A program made the position numbers and the translations under genes. Positions 10,001 through 19,841 of a stretch of 64,000 nt of DNA are shown here, one piece after another (the stretch's first letter is position 1; each line of letters opens with the position of its first letter). The notes beneath the pieces are model-generated. The model worked only from the letters and a program-made list of their open reading frames with translations, searched no databases and had not been told where the DNA came from. Source of the stretch: Clostridiaceae bacterium. GTDB lineage: Bacteria; Bacillota; Clostridia; Acetivibrionales; DULL01. The stretch lies in contig DULL01000036.1 of assembly GCA_012840395.1 (NCBI GenBank), forward strand, positions 5,832-69,831, written 5' to 3'.

Positions 10001-10836
10001 TGCTGCAAAGATTCCTTTTCCTTTTGAAATGCGGTTTTCTGAGCATTTAGTATAGTTTCTTCAGATAAAAGGGAATTAATATTTGCAATAGCGTTATTTA
10101 ACTGTATTCCAGCCTGAGCCAGTTGAGATTTCTGATTAGGGGCTTCCTTTTCAAGCCTGGCAAGGCCTTCGGCAATTTCGGATTGTGCCTTTTCCAGTGT
10201 TATTCTGTTTTCATCAAAGGTTTTTTCCAGATGAGATTTGATTTGGATGTTTAACTCTTCAATTTTTTCATCATCCAGCACTACTTCAAGCCGTTTTTTT
10301 ATAAGGCCGCTGGCATTTACCGATGCAACTCCTTCCAGTCTCTCAAAGGCAGGGATCAGGGTTTCACTGGTAAAGTCAGAGATTTCTTCAATTCCCATAC
10401 CTTTCCGGTCCACACTGGCAACTACTACAGGAATCATATCCGGATTTATTTTTAGAAAAACTGGAGTTCCCACTCCCTCATCCAGCTGCCCTGAAACCAG
10501 ATCAATACTGCTTGATAGCTCAATAATAGCGCTGTCCATATTTGTATCCTGGACATATTCAAGTATTATAATACTGCTGTTTTCTCTTGAAATGGAACTT
10601 ATATTTTTTAATCCGCTTACAGTTCCCAAAGTTGCTTCAAGTGGTCTGGTAACTGTCTGTTCAACTTTTTCAGGGCTTGCTCCTGGATAAGAAGTTATAA
10701 CAATTATGTATGGCATGTCAATTGAAGGCAATAGGTCAGTAGTCATATTAACAAATGAAATAACTCCCAAAACTATAATAAGAATAACTGCTACAAAAAC
10801 TGTATATGGTCTGCGTACACTATAACTAGATAACAT
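7069..10836 (-). CDS. RND-family efflux permease (AcrB/SwrC-like) with a large coiled-coil insertion
   Basis: 1255 aa. N-terminus VRRPYTVFVAVILIIVLG and 12-TM RND topology with two large loops. A heptad-rich insertion spans roughly aa 198-425. Confidence 0.9.
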   Translation of the reverse strand: MLSSYSVRRPYTVFVAVILIIVLGVISFVNMTTDLLPSIDMPYIIVITSYPGASPEKVEQTVTRPLEATLGTVSGLKNISSISRENSSIIILEYVQDTNMDSAIIELSSSIDLVSGQLDEGVGTPVFLKINPDMIPVVVASVDRKGMGIEEISDFTSETLIPAFERLEGVASVNASGLIKKRLEVVLDDEKIEELNIQIKSHLEKTFDENRITLEKAQSEIAEGLARLEKEAPNQKSQLAQAGIQLNNAIANINSLLSEETILNAQKTAFQKEKESLQQLAELNDLFKQIFPLGISEISPDMYKAIMQQVADRLPESISNLPQEEMAELAEKAASAPNRIAAIDVEIQNIDIRQMALSAMKPQLENSLKETESAIKELESGRITMAIELANNQIRLENGKKEIEKALEEFNKAKEEAFKNADLSNIITEELVSKIIMAQNFNMPAGYILNGNNQHLVKVGEAFSSREEIQNMVLMNIEPVGDIRLSDVAKVSVTDNSSKIYTKVNGNEGVLLTFQKQSTASTSAVADAINKEIKRLQNEYEGLSIRPLMNQGDYIHMLTDSVIENLLIGGVLAILVLLVFLKDVRPTIEIALSIPISLMFAMALMYFTKITINVISLSGLALGVGMLVDNSIVVIENIYRLRNEGIPASKAAVKGAVEVSGALAASTLTTVCVFLPIVFTQGLTRQLFTDMGLTITYSLLASLIVALTLVPAMGSTLLKSVNERNNRWFDKFARFYERILKATIRRKAIILIPVTLLFILSIYGASIIGTAFLGEVDSPQMSAIITMPKGITIKERYALNDEVMKRILEIEAVETVGAMSGSQSGLGFLGGGSGSDNETTFYILLKDNRSLKNTDVERIIYEKTADLGVEVSVTSSNMDISILGGRGIQVNIKGQNLDKLADISKDIAGLLSSTAGAVNIETGLEYADKETRIQVDKDKAMREGLTVAQIYSEISSALKTETQATILAEGNKNYPVLLVKSDQGGITQENLADYTFTVKQKDGKEKQVRLGDIAQIIEADSLRAIRRENQARYMTVTAEIADGYNIGLVSREFEKKLADYDVPEGYDISISGENKMIKEAMRDLVLMIILAVIFIYLIMVAQFQSLLSPFIILFTMPLAFTGGLLLLWACNMELSVISMLGFLILAGVVVNNGIVFISYVEQLLEEGMNQKEALVKAGVTRLRPILLTALTTILAMVTMALGFGSGAEMVQPLAVVTIGGLTYATVLTLLVVPALYDIFHRKPKGRIEIESENMF

Positions 10837-11003
10837 TCTTGTTCCTCCTGTTTGTGTGTTAATACAATATTAACTCTTAATATTAACGCTCAATAATAAT
10901 TATTTGGATTTAACGCTAAATAAATATTTGTTAAGATTATTAATTATTGAATATTTATTGTTACAAATATTTATTATAGTAAAATATAATTAAGCATCTT
11001 ATT

Positions 11004-11019
11004 GACCGACTGGTCGGTC
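11004..11019. promoter_or_regulatory. Perfect 7-2-7 palindrome GACCGAC-TG-GTCGGTC (candidate operator)
   Basis: GC-rich perfect inverted repeat isolated in AT-rich DNA, about 170 bp upstream of the RND start codon. Confidence 0.4.
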
Positions 11020-11063
11020 GAATTAATAGGCAAATAATTTATTTTTGTATTATACAATATGTG

Positions 11064-11105
11064 GCAGGATGATACAAGAACATTGCAGGATGATACAAGA
11101 ACATT
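11064..11105. repeat. Perfect tandem duplication, 2 x 21 bp (GCAGGATGATACAAGAACATT)
   Basis: Read directly: 11064-11084 is identical to 11085-11105. Confidence 0.9.
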
Positions 11106-11248
11106 ATGGGTTAGCAGGTTCAATTTATATATAGGAAATAAGTAACGTGTATTTATATTTTTCAGTAACCTGGAATCATATTTTTCGGAAATTATTAAAA
11201 TCATCATAAAAAATAGGTAAAGGACATATAAAGGATAAAGAAATTATA

Positions 11249-11291
11249 AAAAATGCCGAAATATTTAAAGAGCTGATATTTCGGCATTTTT
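11249..11291. terminator. Intrinsic-terminator-like hairpin (16-bp stem) between divergent genes
   Basis: AAAAATGCCGAAATAT / ATATTTCGGCATTTTT with an 11-nt loop. A-tract and T-tract flank it, so it could work in either direction. Confidence 0.6.
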
Positions 11292-11340
11292 GTCTATAAT
11301 TATTTGAATATTAAGAATTAGATGAAAGGCAGTTATATAT

Positions 11341-13182
11341 ATGAGCAAATCTAATAAGTTTATGAGCACAAATACATCATCAAATAATGATGTTTATACT
11401 AGCAGCCATCCATATGTCAATACAAATATTATCACCAAAAATCATAATGCATTTATCAATAGAGTAGATAATTTAAGAAATAATATAAAAAAACTAATAA
11501 TTATATTGCTGGTTATTTTTCTTATTTGTCCTTCGGTACCTGTGGGCTCAGCCTATAATAGTTCATATTTCAACATTCCGGACAATAGCTATACAATAGT
11601 TAAAGGTATCGTTGAAGAGAATAATCCGGATCTTGGTTATATAACCTTATACAATGAAGACGGGACAGGCATTACTGATTCCTATCAAAGGCCTTGGGTT
11701 TTAAGAACATATAATTATATAGATCCCGATGAAATAGAAGTATTCAGAAATAATGCCGAAGCAAGCATATACGACATAGAAGCCGGAGATACGGTGTTTA
11801 TTATGCTGGGGAATGATGGTACGCTTTTATCCATCAGTGCTGCCAGCAATTATATATTAAAATATGGAAAAGTAATCTCCAAAAGAGCTTCCTATCTGGC
11901 TGTAGAATTGGATGACGGTACACAGCAGGACTTTGAACTGGATAGCAGGGTATTGGTAATAGAAAGTGGAATGCTTACTGATATTAATTCACTGAAAAGT
12001 GGTGACAGGGTAAAGCTTCTTCTCCAGGTTACCGACAAAAAAACCATCATAAAGGAAATTACAATTTCAGCCAGGGGACTGAATATTTCAAATGTATATA
12101 AGGGTGTAATATATAAGGTTGATCAGGTACTTAACAAACTTATACTGAGAAATGTGCAAGTTTTGCAGAGAGATAGCTGGAAGAGGATCGAACAGAAAGG
12201 ATTTGTCAGCATGAAGCTGTCAGATGAATTCAAATCATTCTATAATAACCAGCTTGTCTCTTTAGATAAAATAAATAGTAATTTGCGCAATAATGAAGTG
12301 TATGTTGCTGCAGGGAAGGATTTCGGCAATGATGAAAAAGCTGTGTTGGTATCCTTTAGGAAAAAGGATGATAAAGAAGTCCTTTATAATGATGAGATAA
12401 CCAGATTTTCGCCCAACTTTACCCGCGTTTTCCTGAAATTGAGGAGTGGATCCATAGGTATCTCTGAAGAAACCATAATTGTTGATAACGGGAAACTGGT
12501 TCCTGCAGGAGCTGCCAGGATAAATGAAAAGGCTTACATTGTTGCCAACAGAGATTACAGAACAGGTAACTACAATGCTGGAATTATATATATTAACGAC
12601 CGTTATAATGAATACATGCCTCAGATATACAGAGGAAGAATTAAGTCGATTGAAGAAGAGGAAAGTATCACCCTTTATACTTTCTCCCAGCTTAAAGGGT
12701 TGGACTGGGAATACTACAATACCCCAAAAACCTTTAATATAACATACGATACAAGGATACTCGGAGAGGAAGGAATAATCAGAACTGAGGATTTTGTGGG
12801 ATATGGGGATGAAAGCTATGTTGATAAGGTTGTTTACATTGTTGCAGACGGTGTAGATTCCATCCTGATTAGTACTGCTCCCTACGGTACTATTAATGTA
12901 AGAGGAGAAATATATAAAATTGAAAGGGCACAGAATGAACAGGGTGTTCCAACAGAAGAAGTAACAGAGATAAGTATTAAGAATGCAAAAGTATATTCCT
13001 CGGATACATATCTTTGGGAGAGCAAAGATTTAATAGATCTAAGTTTATTAAAGAACACAGTGATAATTAAAAACAATAAAGTGGTAGATTCTTCTCAACT
13101 GAAAAAGGGAGATATTATAAGGGCAGTCAAGAAGGATGTTACCCGGGATGGAGATGCCTATATAATTATCGTAGAAGAATAA
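11341..13182 (+). CDS. Hypothetical membrane-anchored/secreted protein
   Basis: 613 aa. Polar N-terminus, then one hydrophobic segment (LIIILLVIFLICPSVPVGSA). Repeated beta-rich modules each ending in GD.V motifs. No family recognised. Confidence 0.6.
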   Translation: MSKSNKFMSTNTSSNNDVYTSSHPYVNTNIITKNHNAFINRVDNLRNNIKKLIIILLVIFLICPSVPVGSAYNSSYFNIPDNSYTIVKGIVEENNPDLGYITLYNEDGTGITDSYQRPWVLRTYNYIDPDEIEVFRNNAEASIYDIEAGDTVFIMLGNDGTLLSISAASNYILKYGKVISKRASYLAVELDDGTQQDFELDSRVLVIESGMLTDINSLKSGDRVKLLLQVTDKKTIIKEITISARGLNISNVYKGVIYKVDQVLNKLILRNVQVLQRDSWKRIEQKGFVSMKLSDEFKSFYNNQLVSLDKINSNLRNNEVYVAAGKDFGNDEKAVLVSFRKKDDKEVLYNDEITRFSPNFTRVFLKLRSGSIGISEETIIVDNGKLVPAGAARINEKAYIVANRDYRTGNYNAGIIYINDRYNEYMPQIYRGRIKSIEEEESITLYTFSQLKGLDWEYYNTPKTFNITYDTRILGEEGIIRTEDFVGYGDESYVDKVVYIVADGVDSILISTAPYGTINVRGEIYKIERAQNEQGVPTEEVTEISIKNAKVYSSDTYLWESKDLIDLSLLKNTVIIKNNKVVDSSQLKKGDIIRAVKKDVTRDGDAYIIIVEE

Positions 13183-13232
13183 ACAAAGGCCCGGTTTGTC
13201 AGCGGATAACGGTAAGTGGGGGATAGTATCTA

Positions 13233-14891
13233 ATGAAAAAGAACATGAACAGAAATGATAAAAATACAAAGATCAATAATGTTCAAATCAAAAGTACCAA
13301 ATTAAGTATTGGGGAAAAAACAAAAAATAAAGACATAATAAATACTAATATTAGTTCAATTATTATCCCAGCCATTATACTGGTATTAACATTTATTCTA
13401 TTTATACCTTCAAATGTATATGCCCGTCATGGAGACAGCGGCTTTGAAGGAGGTATTTCTTCAGGTGAGGTTGAAGGTGTCACAACCATGGATTATAAGG
13501 AAGTATGCTTTATAACCGGGCAGCCTATAGAGTTTGAAGGAACACTCATAATAAGGAAAACCACAAGAAACAATATTATCAATACTACATACACTTACAA
13601 TCTGAAAAATGAAAAATTGGGGGCAACTCTGAACAGGACAGCCATTTACAATACCAAGCTTGTTGAAAAAAGCAACGGCCAGGTGTCAGAAGAGACCACC
13701 TTATCCCGGACCCCTTCAGAAGTTATAAGGATAAACAATATAACTTATACTTTAAGAAGCAATGATTTTTCCTATGCCTGCATTGTTGACAGTCAACCTT
13801 CAATACAGTACAGGGCAGGAAATATACTGTCTAAAAAGGTGTACCAGGTAATATCAGGTACCAATACAGGCACAGTAACATGTGAAATAGTAGGAGATAC
13901 ATATGCCTATGAAAACTCCTGGGGATCGACCGAAGCAATGATGCTGGAGTATATAATAAACAGCCGTGTTTCTAACGGGCAGTCATATGATGAGTGGACA
14001 GGTACTGCCAGTATATCCTTATCTACATCATCAATAAAAGAAAACAGATTTCAAGAGAATGAGCCGGACGAGATCAGTTTTAGAGGCGGATATGTTGAAT
14101 CCAGTTACAACAGCAGTGTCTTAGAATATACTTGTGATCTTCCGGAATTTGATAGTCAGGGAAGGTCCACACATAATATCAAAACAACAAAAGGAAGTCT
14201 GGAGATCGAAACATTTCCCTCTGCAGTGCGTCTTCCTGTACCTGATATAAATCATCTAAGAGGTCATTGGGCAGAAGAGGAGATTAAAGAATTATTCAGT
14301 ATTGAGATTTTCAACAGTAAGAATGCAAAAGCTTTTAATCCTGAGGATTATATTACCCGTGCAGAGTTTATATCTGCTGTGACAAGAGCCTCAAGGCAGG
14401 ATGTTTCAGATTCTTCAGAAAACAAGAGAAATACTGTAAGAACGACCAGTAATAACCGGAAGAGAAAAGAAGAAGAAATAGTTTCACCTTTCAGTGATGT
14501 AGCTGTAGATAATCCTTATTTTGAGGATATTAAGAATGCGTTAGAAAGAAAGATCATACCGGAAAGTACCGATGGCCTGTTTTACCCTGAAGAAGGAGTT
14601 ACTCTTTCGGAAGCACTGGTGATTTTGGTAAGATCCCTTGGCCTTGAATCATTGGCTCCTAATCCTAATGCTGTAACTGCCTTCAAAGACAATGATTTAA
14701 TTCCTGAGGAAGCCAGAAGCTTTGTATACGTTGCCCATAGAATAGGACTTGTCCATGGAGATGACGGGGGATACCTTAAGCCTAATGAAAAACTGACAAA
14801 GGGAAGAACTGCTGCTTTAATCAAGAGATATATTGATTATATGAGATCAGGAATTAGAAAAGATTATAGAGAAAGGATTCTTCTTTTTTAA
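13233..14891 (+). CDS. Cell-surface protein with three C-terminal SLH domains
   Basis: 552 aa. Signal-anchor (IIPAIILVLTFILFIPSNVYA). C-terminal SLH-like repeats (HLRGHWAEEEI..ITRAEF; FSDVAVDNPYF; FKDNDLIPEEARSFV..LTKGRTAAL). Confidence 0.75.
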   Translation: MKKNMNRNDKNTKINNVQIKSTKLSIGEKTKNKDIINTNISSIIIPAIILVLTFILFIPSNVYARHGDSGFEGGISSGEVEGVTTMDYKEVCFITGQPIEFEGTLIIRKTTRNNIINTTYTYNLKNEKLGATLNRTAIYNTKLVEKSNGQVSEETTLSRTPSEVIRINNITYTLRSNDFSYACIVDSQPSIQYRAGNILSKKVYQVISGTNTGTVTCEIVGDTYAYENSWGSTEAMMLEYIINSRVSNGQSYDEWTGTASISLSTSSIKENRFQENEPDEISFRGGYVESSYNSSVLEYTCDLPEFDSQGRSTHNIKTTKGSLEIETFPSAVRLPVPDINHLRGHWAEEEIKELFSIEIFNSKNAKAFNPEDYITRAEFISAVTRASRQDVSDSSENKRNTVRTTSNNRKRKEEEIVSPFSDVAVDNPYFEDIKNALERKIIPESTDGLFYPEEGVTLSEALVILVRSLGLESLAPNPNAVTAFKDNDLIPEEARSFVYVAHRIGLVHGDDGGYLKPNEKLTKGRTAALIKRYIDYMRSGIRKDYRERILLF

Positions 14892-14964
14892 GAAATATGC
14901 TAATATAATACTTAAGCTGTGTAATATTTAGCAGTGCAAAAGACTGATGGAAAGAGGAATTAAT

Positions 14965-16458
14965 ATGAAAAAAAGAGTATTAAGGGTTATCACTGCATTT
15001 GCAGCTTTACTAAGTATTATGTTAGTAATAATGATGCCTGTCAGGGCAGAAAGTATGCCTTCTGAAGAAAGCATAGAATACCTGAGAAGTATAATGGAAA
15101 TGGTAGACAAAAAGTATAGTGGCGAGGTATCTGAAGAACAACTTCTGGAAGGCGCTCTAAAAGGAATTTTCAGTCAGATGGATGCTTATACTACATATTT
15201 TACTTCCGAAGAAGCTGATATTTTTATGGGAAATATAGAAGGTTCCTTTGAAGGTATAGGTGTATATATTGAAAAATCCGGTGATTCCATAGTTATTACA
15301 GATGTAATATCCTTATCTCCAGCCGAGAAAGCAGGCCTTATGGCAAGAGATGTTATTGTTTCTGTAGATGGTAAGAACGTAAAAGGATGTACCCTGGAGG
15401 AAGTTGTATATTTAATAAAAGGCCCTGTTGGAACTAAAACTACCCTGGGAATATTGAGAGGTAAGGATTTGGAAGTAAAATACATTGAAGTTGAACGGGG
15501 AAAGGTAATAGTAAGCCCTGTTACCCTGGATATAATTGAAGATATAGGATATATAAGGCTGGAAATGTTCACCTCTGGGACTATGGAATATTTTACTAAG
15601 GTCATGGAGGAATTGGAAGAGAAAAAAATAACGAAGGTTATTCTGGATTTGAGAAATAATCCGGGAGGACAGTTAGATCAAGCTGTTTCGGTTGCAAGGT
15701 TTTTTGTTCCCGAAGGATTGATTACAACCCTGACATTTAAGGATGAAAGGTTACTCCCTGAAGAATATTATTCCACACAAAAAGAATCCAAATATAAGCT
15801 GGTTGTTCTTGTCAACGAAAACAGTGCAAGCGCTTCAGAAATAGTAGCCGGGGCTGTACAGGACAGGGAGGCTGGAATAATAGTAGGTAAAAAGACTTTT
15901 GGAAAAGCAAAAGTGCAGAATTTAATACCGGTACTTACTCCTGAGGCATCCCAAAAATATAATGTCAAATACGGAAAGTGGTATGTGGATGCCTATGAAT
16001 TATCGATGGAACAAGGCATTAATATAATGACCGATGAAATATTGGGCTGGATTAAAATGACTACAGGCATGTACTTGACTCCTAAAGGACGGTTAATTGA
16101 TGGATATGGTATAACCCCTGACATTGAAATTGATAATCCTGACGATATTGAGTATTATGACGCCAAAAATATCCGAAAGCTGTCAGTTACCTGGAAACCT
16201 GACCTTGGGGATGAAGGCAGTGATGTATATTTTGCAGAGAAAATGCTAAAACTAATAGGGTATGAAGTTGATGAACCGGACACAATCCTGGATGAGAAAA
16301 CTTTTAAGGCCATAAATGATTTTCGAACCAACATGGGCCTGTACCCAGGAGGAGTACTTGATTTTACTACCCAAAAAACGCTAAATAATGAATATTATAA
16401 AAAATTATTAGAGATTGATAAACAACTTGCTAAAGCAGTAGAGATTTTATCAGAATAA
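14965..16458 (+). CDS. S41-family C-terminal processing peptidase with PDZ and C-terminal peptidoglycan-binding domain
   Basis: Start moved to ATG 14965 (MKKRVLRV signal peptide) after an AAGAGGA RBS. PDZ (SPAEKAGL), S41 core (NENSASASEI..GKKTFGK), and a PG_binding_1-like tail (FKAINDFRTNMGLYPGGVLD). Confidence 0.88.
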   Translation: MKKRVLRVITAFAALLSIMLVIMMPVRAESMPSEESIEYLRSIMEMVDKKYSGEVSEEQLLEGALKGIFSQMDAYTTYFTSEEADIFMGNIEGSFEGIGVYIEKSGDSIVITDVISLSPAEKAGLMARDVIVSVDGKNVKGCTLEEVVYLIKGPVGTKTTLGILRGKDLEVKYIEVERGKVIVSPVTLDIIEDIGYIRLEMFTSGTMEYFTKVMEELEEKKITKVILDLRNNPGGQLDQAVSVARFFVPEGLITTLTFKDERLLPEEYYSTQKESKYKLVVLVNENSASASEIVAGAVQDREAGIIVGKKTFGKAKVQNLIPVLTPEASQKYNVKYGKWYVDAYELSMEQGINIMTDEILGWIKMTTGMYLTPKGRLIDGYGITPDIEIDNPDDIEYYDAKNIRKLSVTWKPDLGDEGSDVYFAEKMLKLIGYEVDEPDTILDEKTFKAINDFRTNMGLYPGGVLDFTTQKTLNNEYYKKLLEIDKQLAKAVEILSE

Positions 16459-16489
16459 AATTACAATATCAGCATTTTTCTTATTGCTA

Positions 16490-16518
16490 TTGACACCATA
16501 TTCTGTCGAATATAAAAT
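16490..16518 (+). promoter_or_regulatory. Sigma-A-type promoter TTGACA-17-TAAAAT upstream of pyrG
   Basis: -35 at 16490-16495, 17-nt spacer, -10 at 16513-16518. Confidence 0.5.
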
Positions 16519-16540
16519 AATATGAGTAATTAAGTTTTAG

Positions 16541-18220
<1,680 letters not shown>

Positions 18221-18271
18221 TGCAATATAAATTATTAATAATACAATGGTCATAAAATCATCACCAAAAAA

Positions 18272-18300
18272 GTATAAATTTCATTTAGATTGCCAATACT
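18272..18300 (+). promoter_or_regulatory. Possible forespore-type (sigma-F/G-like) promoter for spoIIR
   Basis: GTATA-15 nt-GCCAATACT loosely resembles the sigma-F/G consensus. spoIIR is sigma-F dependent in Bacillus. The match is weak and made by eye. Confidence 0.25.
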
Positions 18301-18378
18301 TTTAGAAGAAACATTATTTTGAAATTTATACTTTTTTCATGTATGTTTGGAGGAAGTTGTGAAGCCCGGGGTGATTTT

Positions 18379-19107
18379 ATGATGAGCAAAGTATTGTTTA
18401 GAATTAAGGAATTAGGAAAGTTTCCGAAAAATAATACAATTTTAAAATCGGGACTTGTTATTATTATGTCCGCCTTAATTATGACAATTATTTATATGAA
18501 TTCCTTCTCTGAACAAATAAATAAAGGCCTTGCTGAAAATTTAATAAGGTTTCATGTAATAGCTAACAGCGATTCTGAAGAAGACCAGCAACTAAAAAGA
18601 AGTGTAAGAGATCGGGTTATTGAGTATATGAAAGTGCAGCTCAAAGATTCAGGTAGTCTGGAGCACACAAAGCATATTATCAGCAATAATCTAAGTAATA
18701 TTGTAAGCATTGCTGAAGAAGCAATAGCTGACGCAGGTAAAAATTATAAGGTAAAGGCAGAACTGGGAAGCTATCCTTTCCCTACAAAAGCTTATGGGGA
18801 TATAGTTCTTCCCGCTGGAAATTACCAGGCTTTACGGGTTGTTATAGGTAAAGGAGAAGGAGCTAACTGGTGGTGTGTATTGTTTCCTCCATTATGTTTT
18901 GTAGATGCCACCCATGGAACGGTACCTGATTCGGTAAAGGAAGATTTAAAGGAGCAGTTGAGTGTTGAGGAGTACATTCTTGTAACTTCCTCTGAATCAG
19001 AAAAAGATGTACCGGTTAAGATTAAGTTTAAAATAGTTGAAATCATTCAGAATTCAAAGAATAAGTTTTCAGCAGCGTTGAATAAATTATTTAATATTAA
19101 AGAATAA
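18379..19107 (+). CDS. spoIIR: Stage II sporulation protein R
   Basis: SpoIIR hallmarks (IRFHVIANSDSEEDQQLK, GEGANWWCVLFPPLCF). The start is uncertain: ATG 18379 chosen, track start is 18319. Confidence 0.8.
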   Translation: MMSKVLFRIKELGKFPKNNTILKSGLVIIMSALIMTIIYMNSFSEQINKGLAENLIRFHVIANSDSEEDQQLKRSVRDRVIEYMKVQLKDSGSLEHTKHIISNNLSNIVSIAEEAIADAGKNYKVKAELGSYPFPTKAYGDIVLPAGNYQALRVVIGKGEGANWWCVLFPPLCFVDATHGTVPDSVKEDLKEQLSVEEYILVTSSESEKDVPVKIKFKIVEIIQNSKNKFSAALNKLFNIKE

Positions 19108-19150
19108 ATAATAGTTTTTGCAGTATTTTCGCGTTTGATTGGCTTTAATC

Positions 19151-19190
19151 TGAATGCTACAGGCTTTATGCTTGTAGCATTCACTTGTTT
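19151..19190 (+). terminator. Terminator hairpin after spoIIR
   Basis: 11-bp stem TGAATGCTACA/TGTAGCATTCA followed by T-rich sequence. Confidence 0.55.
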
Positions 19191-19238
19191 ATATACGCTT
19201 CTATTAATATAAAACAAATTTCTTTATTAACACCGCTA

Positions 19239-19247
19239 TGGTATAAT
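19239..19247 (+). promoter_or_regulatory. Extended -10 promoter element TGgTATAAT upstream of trmL
   Basis: TG at 19239-19240 and TATAAT at 19242-19247. The -35 is weak (TTTCTT). Confidence 0.4.
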
Positions 19248-19343
19248 ATTACAATGTAAGCTTAAGAATAATGTAAGTTTAAGTTTGCATACCAGGTAAA
19301 CACTTGAAGTAAGGCATAATAACAGAAGGTGGTTTGACATAAT

Positions 19344-19841
19344 ATGCATTTTAATATTGTTCTTGTAGAACCTGAAATACCCCAAAATACAGGTAATATT
19401 GCAAGGACTTGCGCAGCTACAGGTGCGAGCCTTCATCTGGTGAGGCCATTGGGATTTTCAGTAAATGATAAGTATTTAAAAAGATCAGGTCTTGATTATT
19501 GGCATTTATTGGATATTCATTATTATGATTGTTTTGATGAACTTCGGGAAAAATATAAAGATGCAGAATTCTTTTTTGCATCCACTAAAGCACCAAAAAG
19601 CTATACTGATGTAAATTACCCAGAAGAATCTTTTATTGTTTTTGGGAAGGAAACAGCCGGCCTTCCGGAAACTCTTCTCAGGGGAAATTATGATAGGTGC
19701 ATAAGGATACCAATGCTCAATAATATTCGTTCTCTTAATCTGGCAAACTCTGTTGCAATTATTTTGTATGAGGCATTAAGACAACATGAATTTAAGGGAT
19801 TGGAAACAAAGGGACTATTATCTGGGAGTGATGTAAAATGA
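19344..19841 (+). CDS. trmL: tRNA (cytidine/uridine-2'-O)-methyltransferase, SpoU/TrmL family
   Basis: 165 aa. N-terminus NIVLVEPEIPQNTGNIARTC and a C-terminal SPOUT knot (LNLANSVAI). Confidence 0.85.
   Translation: MHFNIVLVEPEIPQNTGNIARTCAATGASLHLVRPLGFSVNDKYLKRSGLDYWHLLDIHYYDCFDELREKYKDAEFFFASTKAPKSYTDVNYPEESFIVFGKETAGLPETLLRGNYDRCIRIPMLNNIRSLNLANSVAIILYEALRQHEFKGLETKGLLSGSDVK

Noticed and set aside
10974-11207. 77-aa minus-strand ORF in the RND upstream region.
   Set aside because: Its repetitive translation (NVLVSSC twice) simply mirrors the 21-bp DNA duplication. It has no RBS and lies in AT-rich regulatory DNA.
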